DNA of 64,000 bases from Octopus bimaculoides (taxonomy: Eukaryota). Below are positions 52,865-64,000 of this stretch, one piece after another (position 1 is the stretch's first letter; the number at the start of each line of letters is the position of its first letter). The stretch lies in contig NC_068981.1 of NCBI RefSeq assembly GCF_001194135.2, positions 145,129,834 through 145,193,833 on the forward strand. The letters are read 5' to 3'. A program made the translations under genes and the position numbers. Below the pieces are notes generated by a model. That model saw only the letters and a list, made by a program, of their open reading frames with translations, did no database searches and was not told the origin of the DNA.

Positions 52865-53835
52865 CAACAACAACTATCAGCGGTGTATATTTCGTTTGTC
52901 ACTGTTATTTATGACATCGTTCGTGCGTGTGTACTGGTGTTAGCTTTAGGGTTTTAGGGTTAGGGTTTTGGCTCGGGTTTTAGAGTTAGGATTAGGGTTT
53001 TAGGGTCGGGGTTAGGGTTTTAGAGTTAGGGTTAGGATTAGGGTTTTACGGTTAGGTCAGGGTTAGGGTTAGTGTTAGGGTTTTTAAGTTAGGGTTAGGG
53101 TTTTAAGGTTAGGGTTAGGGTTTTAGGATTAGGGTTAGGGTTTTAGAGTTAGGGTTAGGGTTAGGGTTAGGGTTTTAGGGTTAGGGTTGGGGTTTTAGGG
53201 TTAGGGTTAGGGTTAAGGTTTTAGGGTTACGGTTAGGGTTGGGGTTTTAGGGTTAGGGTTAGGGTTGGGATTTTAGGGTTAGAGTTATGGAAAGATGTGA
53301 AAAAGGAAAAAATTGTAGGGGGAGGGGGAGGTGTCAAAAATGTCTTTCTGAAAATAATAGCTGAAAAACAGGAAAAAAGAATAAAAGCAGTAGAAATGCA
53401 CGAACGATTGTGGTGGTACCATGAAGTAAACATGCTTCAGATACACTCGTTTATTCATACAAACGTAACTGAGATGAAATATGTCATAAATAACAGTGAC
53501 AAACGAAATATATACCGCCAGACGTTGTTGTTGACAAACAACAGCAGTAATTTTATTCAGCTGAATACACGTCATTGATTGGTTGAAATTACCGAAATAT
53601 GACAACTTTAACACGAAATAACTATGAAAATNNNNNNNNNNCACGTCATTGATTGGTTGAAATTACCGAAATATGACAACTTTAACACGAAATAACTATG
53701 AAAATACAAACTTTTCTCAACAGCACTAAGAGTAAAAGATGTTTTATATTACACATTCTATCAGTGTCCGAAGTTTGAAAGTGTTTAGTTACAAAACATT
53801 AATTTCTCAATGTGCCGTTCAAAGAGTAAAGATCC
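52865..53835. mobile_element. Second copy of the telomere-array TIR element; outer part of the left TIR missing
   Basis: Same inner TIR, array at 52945-53285, same unique internal segment, right end GGCACAT-type TIR ..AAAGATCC at 53835. Confidence 0.8.
52945..53285 (+). repeat. Degenerate TTAGGG/TTTTAGGG array
   Basis: Direct reading. Confidence 0.95.
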
Positions 53836-56584
53836 CAAACTCACGTATAAACTTCACAGCTAAGCATTTCGCCCGGCGTGCTAACGTTTCTGCCAGCTCG
53901 CCGCCTTTCGGATTTAATATTAATATCATTTCAGTCACTGAGACCTTGCAAGTAGACATTTTAAGGATAGTTGTTTAGCAAACCTGTATTCAATTTTCTT
54001 TTTACCTTTCAACGTCCTTCAACAGATTATCAATTCTGTGTAATTCAGAGAGATTTAACGCTCATGCTCTTGCCATGTGAAATTTGTGAAGTGTTCTAAT
54101 CAATTGCTAATCGAACGCTGTTCGTAGAGAATTCACTTGATGAGTACTGTCAACACTACGGTACTTGCCGACAATATATCATCGGTATAATTACCGTTGC
54201 CTTTTGCATTTTTAATTAAACACGAACTAGTGCTAAAAATAAAATGCATCCTTATATTTAAAGACTGTAGTTGCCATTGTTAATCTACATGTAAAATTAA
54301 ATAGCTTCAGAAATTGTTCGATAACAGGGAAACATTCATATTTAGTATCGTCCGTGACTTGAGGAGGATAAAAAAATAGTTTCCATAACGATAGCTGCTT
54401 TCATCACTTTTAATGTAGGCCTCTCTCTCTCTCTCTTTCTTCCTTTCGTATTAATGTTGTTAGACATCATAAAATGTATGACTCAAATCTTCACTTCCTT
54501 AAATATGCTTTAGTTCTTTATATCCAGTTTATATTCATTTATTTTCATTTATTTCATTGTTTAATTTTTCAATAAAAAATAGCAAGATGTGGGTCAGTGC
54601 TGTGTACTTTCTAACCATTGAAGCATGCATTAAGAGTTTTAATTAAGTAAATTATGTGACTTTTATCTTCTGAATGAAATTATTTCTTGTATAATTTCTT
54701 GTCGAGTGTTTCCGAATAACTTTTTCAATAACATTTTAATACAATCCATTAAAGATAATTACTTCTTGTCTCGTCAAAAAATGCGATCGCTTTGAATTTT
54801 TTCTACATTAATTTTTGTTTGCTTTCACTGTATTTCATGCTTGTGTGTTTAGCTTTTGTTTGTTTACTTTGGGTTGTTTGTTTATCTTTCACTTGTTTCC
54901 TTTTCTTTCAATTAAAATCCACTTATTTCTCATGAGATTCTGCTTGAGATACGTAGTATTTCAGAGGCCAATTATAAAATCAAAGTTTATCAATTTGTTC
55001 CACATATTTTTTTACAACTACGAGGTTTGTATTTCGATAAAGTATTTACTTTTAATAAACTTTAAAACAAATGTTACTTTGATGAAGGATGTATTATATA
55101 GCTCAAGTAAAATATAGTGAATAAAATCCTGCATATTATACAATGTAATCAACAATTATTCCCAATCAACATGACTTCATATAACATATTTTTCTAACAT
55201 CGCATCTTGGTTTTAAATCTACAGTTCAAATTTTTTTACCACTTCAATTGCAGTTCTGTTAATCTAATTACATAGATGAGATCGGTCAGCGACTGGTTAA
55301 CCACTTCTGTAGGCACCTGTTAAATGTTCACAATACCGTACGTGATATAGTGAAATCCATAATTAACCACTTCTGCTATTTCCCTTCACAACTTCACCGT
55401 CTACAGTTTACCAGCATCATGGTCCACTCAGTTGGCAGCTCACCAACACAGCGAACAACGGTTCATTTTCAAACTAGGAAACTCGAACCCTAACAGTTTG
55501 AATACTCATATACTGTAACTCTGCCACTCATACTATCCGACCTTCCGACCTTCCCCGTGAATTTTTCCATCTCACTTCCTTACTTGTTTACTCTTTGAAA
55601 CTGTGTATGTGTCCATCTCTGTCTCAGACACACCACACAACCAGCTCTACCTCCCATGACCTATCACACCAACCACTTCCCATTCTTAGCAAACTCATAC
55701 CACTCTCCTTTCCTCTCGCAAGCTTTTCTACACTCTCTTCCTTCACATTCGACACAACTAACTATCTGTCTGATTCACTGTAACTACCTCTCGTCGTGCT
55801 TCCAGTCGTAGCCTTTTCTCACTTCACTTCTTTACCTGGCACGTCGGTATGGGTATGAGACGATGTGCCGCTGCCGTTTTGGTGCCGCCTATTAGGCGTT
55901 GATGATTCAATGCTGACTTATCTGACATGAGGCGTTTTGTCCCCGGGCTCTCTTGGCACAGTGGGAATTTTGATTTATTCTAGTCGACAAATTGTAATCA
56001 CAACTACTAAACAACATGATTACTAAATTTTATTTCGCTTTCTACTTCACTTAATGTATGTATATGTAGATGTCTGGTGAAATATTGACGAAATGCGGAA
56101 TTTTTTTTTCCTCGCTGTGAATTTCTGAACACTTTGATAAAGTAGAACTGACAGTTAATTTAAATGTTAAAGTTGTGGGCATAAAAATCGCTGAGAGCAA
56201 AAAGAAAGAAACATTAATTATTACCGATTGATGCAGAACTTGTGTGTGTGTGTNNNNNNNNNNNNNNNNNNNNNNNNNNNNNNNNNNNNNNNNNNNNNNN
56301 NNNNNNNNNNNNNNNNNNNNNNNNNNNNNNNNNNNNNNNNNNNNNNNNNNNNNNNNNNNNNNNNNNNNNNNNNNNNNNNNNNNNNNNNNNNNNNNNNNNN
56401 NNNNNNNNNNNNNNNNNNNNNNNNNNNNNNNNNNNNNNNNNNNNNNNNNNNNNNNNNNNNNNTTTTGCTTGCGTATCAGGAAAGGGTAAGTGTTCATGTC
56501 AATCGGACTCAATTAATAAATTCTATTGTGTGTGTGTGTGTGTGCGTGTGTGTGCGTGTGTGCGCGCGTCTCTATCTCTCTATT

Positions 56585-56693
<109 letters not shown>

Positions 56694-57091
56694 TGTAAGA
56701 AAGTATGATGTTGAAGAAATGGGTGTTGTTGAGAAATATCACTATAAACGACAATTAGGAAACTGTTGATCAAAAGGAGAATGAGCTTAAATTTAAAATT
56801 AAGACATGAAAATTCGATATGGCTAACTTATTGAAAGGAGGCAATTAATTTCTACAATTCCGTGCTAAGTATACATTTACAATGATCGATCGAAATATTG
56901 TTGATGCCAATGTGGAATTAGCAATTATATATAGAGAGGTACCAAAGCCTAACTGATTAGTAGCGTACCAAAATGTAGAACAGATACATCTAAATAACAT
57001 GCAATCGCTAATAGTGTTTTGGAGAAACCTACACATCTGCTTCCGGAATGTATTCTAAATTCAAAAGAAGAACAAAAAGTAACTAGAAATG

Positions 57092-57442
57092 TTGCTTTCA
57101 AATTTTGACGCAAGGCCAACAAGCTCGGGGTTGGGGATAAGTCGACTACATTGACTCTGAACGGATGAAAGGCAAAGTCGACCTCGGTGGAAGTTAAACT
57201 CAGAACGTAAGATGAAACGAAATACCGCGAAGTAATATTCCCGTCGTGCTAACGATTCTGCTAGCTCGCTAGCTTAATAATAAGAAATTACGATTTCAAA
57301 TTTTGGCACCAGGTCATTAAGTTAGGGGGAAGGGCTAGTCGATTACATTGCCCCCCCCCCCCGGGGGCTCAACTGACACTTTTTATCGACCTCGAAATGA
57401 GGTAATGCAAAGTCGAGGTAAAGACGGCCGGAATGCCGCTAA
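57092..57442 (-). mobile_element. Dimer of SINE family B, minus strand
   Basis: Reverse complements of GTCGACTTTGCCTTTCATC and GCTAGCAGAATCGTTAGCACG; second unit more decayed. Confidence 0.65.
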
Positions 57443-57655
57443 ATTAATAAATGTTAACAGGTATCACAGTTAAACTTCCCACACAGTATTTTGTGATCCA
57501 CTTCTTTAAACAATAATGAATAAGATGCGGCGTCTACGAGGACGGGAAAACAAACATCTAGAGAGAAAACATTTCCTCCGGTTTTATTTCATAAATCCAT
57601 ATTTTCCACTTTTGAAATCTGTGTATGTATTTTCCTATGTATATGTGTGTGTGCC

Positions 57656-57700
<45 letters not shown>

Positions 57701-57829
57701 NNNNNNNNNNNNNNNNNNNNNNNNNNNNNNNNNNNNNNNNNNNNNNNNNNNNNNNNNNNNNNNNNNNNNNNNNNNNNNATATATATATTTGTGTGTATGT
57801 GCTTATATATATATATATGTGTGTGTACC

Positions 57830-57866
<37 letters not shown>

Positions 57867-57917
57867 GCCTATATATGTGTGTGTATGTGTGCCTATATAT
57901 GTGTGTGTGTGTGTGTT

Positions 57918-57967
<50 letters not shown>

Positions 57968-57981
57968 CCTATTCATATATA

Positions 57982-58184
57982 CTGGGTTGGTGCAAACAAC
58001 AACAACATGTAACAAAAACACCTTTAATTGATTATTCCAGAGCATATTCATCATATACTTCAATTACTGCTTCCCACTTGCTTAGCAGACGGTCAGACCA
58101 TCATTTAAAAATGTTTTTGTTAAATATTGTTATGGTTGAATAAAATTTGTTGAGAAAAGCCGAAATAATTATGCACCAACCCTA
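57982..58184. mobile_element. mariner-type MITE
   Basis: TIRs GGGTTGGTGCA / TGCACCAACCC in TA-rich flanks. Confidence 0.6.
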
Positions 58185-58265
58185 TATATATATGTATGTA
58201 TATGTGTGTGTCTATGTACATATGTATGTGTGTGTGTCTGTATACATGTGTGTGTGTGTGTGTCT

Positions 58266-59335
58266 GTCACCAGTGGTGTCCCTCAGGGGATTGTCTTAGG
58301 CCTGCTCCTCTTTATGATCTATATAAACGACCTTTCCAGCGTCGTAAAACACAGCAACGTGAAAACTTTTGCTAATGACACTAAGCGCCAGCAAATCATC
58401 AATGAAGAACAAGACCGAACTCAACTCTAGTCTCATCTATATGCGGTCAGTCAATGAGCAGACAAAAACAAAATGCAACTAAACGAGGGAAAATTTGAGC
58501 TGATGTATTTTGGAAAAAAGACTATACTACATTAGCTATACTCTCTTCCTTTAGAGAAACTTCTCTCAGCATCTAATAATATCAGAGACCTAAGAGTAAT
58601 TGTTGATAAAAATCTCAGTTCGAGTGCCCATATCAACAATAAGGTCGATATAGCTCATAGGATGAGCTCCCGGTTCCTAAGAACCTTCCGGTCCAGAGAA
58701 CAAGGTGTCATCATTCCACTTGTCTCCTCCTTTGTACGGCCATACCTCAAATACTGCTGTCCCCTATGATCTCTCCATACAAAACAAAACATCTTGAGGA
58801 TCGAATCACCTCAGAGGGCATTCACTAAACGAATTGAAGGCATAACTGATCTCGATTTCTGGGACCGCCTTAAAGCATTGAAGCTCTACTCTCTCCAGCG
58901 CCGCCGTGAGTGATACATCATTTGCACGATGTGGAGAATATACCGCCAGCATTGCCCAAACAACCTCAACATTAGCTTCAAAATTCATCCAAGGCTGGGA
59001 CCACGGGCCATGCGTCCCCTACCCAGCTCACATAAATACACTGCAACACAATTTCTTTTCCTCAACTGACTCTGTCCTATTTAACATTGTCCCAAAACAG
59101 ATCAAAGAGGAAAATGATCCCATCATCTTTAAATGGAATCTGGACAAATTTCTTCAAGGAATGCTAGATAAGCCACCTATACCTGAATACAACTCACTCA
59201 ACAAGAACTCCCTACTCGAATGGTCCATGATACCACAAAACTTGACTCAAAAAGGATTTAGATAATCCTATCAGCTGGTGCTATTAAGTTAGACATGGCC
59301 TGGACCAATCTTTGGTCGGAACATATCTAAGCTTT
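58266..59335 (+). mobile_element. CR1-clade LINE, 5'-truncated RT and 3' end
   Basis: SGVPQGIVLGLLLFMIYINDL..FANDTK, MQLNEGKFELMYFG, RDLRVIVD, RPYLKYCCP, LERRRE, LFNIVPK..FKWNLDKFL; stops and frameshifts. Confidence 0.88.
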
Positions 59336-59630
59336 ATCTAAGTTTTATATATGTGTGTGTGTGTGCTTGTATATATATGTATGTAGGTGTGTGTGTGTGC
59401 CTGTATATATATATATATATATATATNNNNNNNNNNNNNNNNNNNNNNNNNNNNNNNNNNNNNNNNNNNNNNNNNNNNNNNNNNNNNNNNNNNNNNNNNN
59501 NNNNNNNNNNNNNNNNNNNNTTATTAATTATATTAATAATTAATAATTTTTACCAAGCACTTCGGTATGTAAACACCATTATCGGTGAAGAACTTATTTA
59601 AAGTTCTTATAAATTTATAAACATAATTAA

Positions 59631-59831
59631 GGGATCAGCAACAGTTGCTTCACCACATACCGAAGTTTAGAAATAGCAGCTAAAGTGCTAAAACTCCAAC
59701 AGATAGCAATACTTGTAACTCACAAAGGCAAAACAAGAAGAAGAAAAAAACAACGAAACTAACCAGTCTTAGTTAATCAAAGATGCGTTTCTGGAACTTC
59801 GGTATGTGGTGAAGCAACTGTTGCTGATACC
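59631..59831. mobile_element. Kolobok-like MITE (TTAA target)
   Basis: TTAA|GGGATCAGCAACAGTTGCTTCACCACATACCGAAGTT ... AACTTCGGTATGTGGTGAAGCAACTGTTGCTGATACC|TTAA; near-perfect inverted repeat of about 45 bp. Confidence 0.6.
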
Positions 59832-59839
59832 TTAATTAT

Positions 59840-59909
<70 letters not shown>

Positions 59910-59986
59910 GTGTGTGTGTAATTAATTATTCGTTTGCGCCTGTATATATATCTATATACAGGCACAGCGAGATAGATGTGTGCCTC

Positions 59987-60036
<50 letters not shown>

Positions 60037-60059
60037 TGTGTGTGTATAAGTAATTATTC

Positions 60060-60455
60060 GTTTATCCAATTTGACATTAATAGTTATTATTCCATTATAT
60101 CCCCTATTCTTCACAACAAATCTCTAATTTTTGCTAAAGACCTCTCTCTTATAACTAGGGATAAAATTGACATTATTCTGTTAGCTAGGAGGACTATCAT
60201 CGTATTTGAGAGTAAACTTTGGACTTGGGCTGATGCCCCCGAAAACTTTGATATAGTTATGGGCTCGATTGACTCGGCCGAAATCACTAATGTAGTTGGT
60301 GCGTACCATTTAAGGTGCCTAAATAGAGAAATCCCTGAAATACAGGGACGTTTATATAGCGATGATGCTCTATTTATCATCCCTAGCAACAATAAATCAA
60401 TCATAGAAAGAATGAGAAAAATAATTAGAAATTTTTTTACAGCTGTAACTTAGTT
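60060..60455 (+). mobile_element. Penelope-like element RT fragment
   Basis: ILLARRTII..W..ENFDIVMGSIDSAEITNVVG..LYSDDAL..IERMRKII matches the PLE FDVTMGSxDGAE / LYRDDGL pattern. Confidence 0.7.
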
Positions 60456-62619
60456 ATTACGTATGAATATGGTACAAAAGTAGTAAAATTTCAGATACTA
60501 CTTTAGACATTTTATTACAAATCACCACAATTGTCTAAACGCATCTTTATCAGCTGTTAATTGCTGAATGTTACATAAATTCATATGGTATATTGCATTA
60601 ATATGATTCAGCGATAACTTAATTAATGCGTATCCTCGGGGGAGTCGATCAAAGCGCACTATAAGCACACTTTGGAAAGCATACTACGAGGTGCTGGAAC
60701 GCTTTTGAACGGTTTGCTTAGTCAAATCTGACATGCAGCTAAACAGAAGTGGATTGATGAACAATTAATTATAATAATGATACGAAATTCGATTGAGTCA
60801 TGGTAATCATTCATGTATATAACGAACATATAATCATTTTAGTATTTATCTCGGCAGCTTTTGTGAAACTATGACATTATGTTTTGTAGAAGTGCATTTT
60901 AATATTGCTATTTCACGTCGGCCTTAGAATTACAGGAGTAAGGACATGAAATGCGATGTTCGGGTTTTAAGAAAAAGAACATTCATGTAAGTCACACTTG
61001 TAAGTTCGTTTGGAAACCTTTTGTTTTTTCAAGTGTCACTTATTATGGAAAACCTCTTGAGTGCTACGTCTACTTTATGTACTTATGTGTCACTATTCAG
61101 CTCAATTTCAGAACGTATATACAGAAGACAAAGAAAAAGTGAGGGTTTTAAATACCATCGTCAATAGGTAATAAAAAGAATTAAACGACGGCGTACAAGT
61201 TCTTCTGTCCTAGCTCTCTAATACTCCATAGCCATGTACACTTAACAGTCTTAACAAATATTGAGTTAGACGTCAGGAGCTCAACATCCTGTATCGGAGA
61301 ATGTCAGCGACAGTTGGGAGATGATCGGCGTCATACGTTAGACCAAACCCCAGTTTTGACCTGACTTCTGTCCAAGAATTAGCATCCTTAAATATGCCAC
61401 TCCATGACACAACCTATTGACATCGATAGTGGTTGCTAGACAAGCTAGAAATAGCAGCTATATTTCTCAAATCAGACGGGAAAATGAGACCAAGGAAAAT
61501 TTTAGTTCTAAATATATTAAGAAACAGGATGATCACAGCTCGAATACCTACCTAGCGATATACAAGAACAACAATAACAAGAGAAATGGCAAGCAGTGAA
61601 CAGAAAATAACTTGTGAAGATATAGCCTGGTAGCAGGAAAATTACGTAGTTGATTTGAACCAGAGTTATCAGAGACAAGGTGACACTCATCAAATGGGAA
61701 TAAAGCTCCAACAATAAAACAATGTACAAGGGTACAAAGTATGTGATATGGGCGTGCAGAGCTATAAACAATCTGTGACTGGTACAGGTTTACAGTCTAG
61801 GTGTAACTCTGGTACAGATCAACAAAATATATGTGACAGCAGTATATAGTCACAGCCTGACAGTAGTACAGAGCCTAAAAGTATGTGTGACTGGAGTACA
61901 AATCGATAAACTGTCTGACAGGAGTATAAAGCCATAACCAACGTGTGACTGTAGTATAGAACCACAGACTACGTGTGCCTGTAATAGAGAGCCATAAAGT
62001 ATTCATGTTGAAACCACAGCGTCACAAACCATGTGTGACTGTCGTGAAAAATACGGGTTAAGTTGCTCGCTAATTTAAGATTCATGCACTTTTGCTGACC
62101 TTGTGCAACGAAGGAGAAATATATGCTCAAATTTAGCTGATTCAAATTTAGCTGATTCAAATTTAGCTGAATATGAAGTGAGCGCAATAAAGAGAATTAC
62201 AGCACGATATTAAGAAAGCTCTTAAACTATGCTTAAACTATGGTGCTCGCCAAACTCTGATTTAACTTTAATAACTAGTTTTGATTGTTGTCTTCCATGT
62301 AATTTATTATTGGCTACCCTACCCTCTAAATATCTAAAACTACATTTTCTTAAAGAGGTGTTTGTTTGCAATACGCGTTTTAAGCAGGATGAATATTGAT
62401 TTAAAAAATAAATACATAAGATAGTCATTTTGGTGGGGAAGTAATAGTTGATTATATCGAGCTAATATTTGACTGGAATTTATTTTATCTATCAATGACG
62501 AAAATAAAGTCAGTTTCCCCAGAAATAGAACTCAGAGCATAAAGGGCTACAACAAAATACCGCAGAGCACTTTGGCACTTTATTGACTTTGTTAATCAAC
62601 AGTATTGAGCAAAATTCAA

Positions 62620-63290
62620 TATCTCTTCCTTTCTTACTCACGCCTAAAATCTGTGGTATGAATAGTTTTCATATTTCACTGGTTCAGAAATTATCTGAAA
62701 ACTACAAATGTATAAGGCTAGCGAGGTATGAATATATCATTGACTCAATAGCCAGTGGTACACACTATTTAAAGGAGATTTTATTCGATGATGAAGCTAT
62801 TTTTCATAGTGAGAGAACTGTCAACAAATTTAATCGTTGAGTATGTTATGAAAATCTCCATGAGACACAATCGTACTTTGAATCGCTGAATGTTACTGTT
62901 CAGTAGGTTATACAAGAGAAGATTTTTTTGACGCCACTAAAACCAAGAATTCCTACTTAGAGTAGAGATGATGAAGAAGAAGAATATTCTCCATGTCTCC
63001 GTATTAGGGTATCTATATACGGCAATTCATTAATGTGCAATTTTCAAAACCTTGGTAGAGTAAAAGGCAACAGATCTTTTAATAATTTAGAAGCTCTGAT
63101 CTCGTACACTTGTATTTCTTCTTTTGGGTGTATCTTCGCGATCAAGTCTACAAAACTATTGTCACAAACATTGAACATTTAAAGCGAGTAATCGAAAATG
63201 GAAATTCCAACCAAAACGTTTTCTATGGATTCCAATTTAACAATTGAAGAACGATGTCAATTATGTACTGACTGAAGTGGTGCCATTTTG
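62620..63290 (+). mobile_element. Decayed rosa/DD41D-like transposase remnant
   Basis: HISLVQKLS..ILFDDEAIFH..VNKFNR, RSSDL..FFFWVYLRDQVY. Confidence 0.6.
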
Positions 63291-63557
63291 AATATTTTAC
63301 TAAAATAATTAATTAATATCTAATAAATTAATATCTATTATCTCATGTTCATTTAAGATAAATATATATTTTTCTTGGTATATTCATTGTCATAGTCGGA
63401 TTAAATAATAGTGAAATGTTTAAGGGACTTTTGAATCGTTGTGTAGTATTTTAGCCATGCAGACTCATTTGTTTATGTTGCAGTTGAATCTTAACCACTC
63501 TCTGCCTCTGTGATTTGTTGTCGTCGTCTCAAGTAAACGTAACAAGGTAGTCTAGTG

Positions 63558-63807
63558 CAGTAGTTCCCAACCTGGGATCCGCGGATCCCTAGTGGTCTGC
63601 AAAGGTAGTACTAGGGGTCCGTGAACAAAATTCAAAATTTTTATATTATATATATATATATATACACACACAAACACACATAAGGATAATCATACTAAAA
63701 GGGGTCTGTGGGAAAACTCATTTAAATAAAAGGGTTGGGAACCACTGCTGGGAACCACTGCTGGGAACCACTGCTGGGAACCACTGTGAAAAGGTTGGGA
63801 ACCACTT
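63558..63807. mobile_element. hAT (Charlie-like) MITE
   Basis: 8-bp TSD GTCTAGTG (63550-63557, 63808-63815); TIRs CAGTAGTTCCCAACC / GGTTGGGAACCACTT. Confidence 0.85.
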
Positions 63808-64000
63808 GTCTAGTGGTTGCTTAAAGCTTTTTGTTAAGGTTTGAAAGAATAACTTGTATGTCAAAGCTCAGTAATTTAAATTACACCGTTTATACATGTA
63901 CATGACAAAAATATAAAATTCACAGTTCTAAATGAGTTTTTAAAAAATATATATAAATGTGTGTAGTAAAAGTTTGTTATAATTCGTGTTACTGATAAGT

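Noticed and set aside
48917-53285. True telomere or chromosome-fusion scar
   Set aside because: The arrays are short, degenerate, in the same orientation and enclosed by TIRs; there is no head-to-head TTAGGG/CCCTAA junction.
53569-53705. 63-bp tandem duplication in the right TIR
   Set aside because: Exact duplicate across a 10-N gap; assembly artefact.
54050-54200. Helitron helicase motif (VRLA..SHGKS, minus strand)
   Set aside because: A single interrupted motif, too decayed to call.
61700-62045. CRISPR-like repeat-spacer array
   Set aside because: Eukaryotic context, no identical repeats separated by unique spacers, no cas genes.
62127-62171. 3 x 15-bp tandem (TCAAATTTAGCTGAT)
   Set aside because: Ordinary local slippage duplication.

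Overview
Repeat-dominated, AT-rich eukaryotic genomic DNA with many N gaps, most of them flanked by microsatellites. The SINE families and the density of (TA)/(GT)/(TAA)/(GA) tracts point to a cephalopod, probably Octopus; this is inferred from remembered repeat families, not from a search. No complete host gene is visible, only a few low-confidence candidate exons. The window holds three Tc1/mariner lineages (a DD34D mariner, maT/DD37D-like deletion derivatives, rosa/DD41D-like copies), a Gypsy gag/LTR remnant, R4/Dong-clade REL LINE pieces stacked in (TAA)n tracts, CR1, RTE and Penelope-like RT fragments, at least four SINE families, and hAT, Kolobok-like and mariner MITEs. Three observations stand out. 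(1) A tRNA-headed short element carries a minimal Penelope-type hammerhead ribozyme motif (best copy 39286-39331) and occurs twice as an inverted dimer. (2) A 1.1-kb long-TIR element with an 8-bp TSD (Merlin-like) carries a degenerate TTAGGG array and is present twice. (3) R4/Dong LINEs repeatedly insert into TAA microsatellites, including the one inside the ribozyme-bearing SINE.
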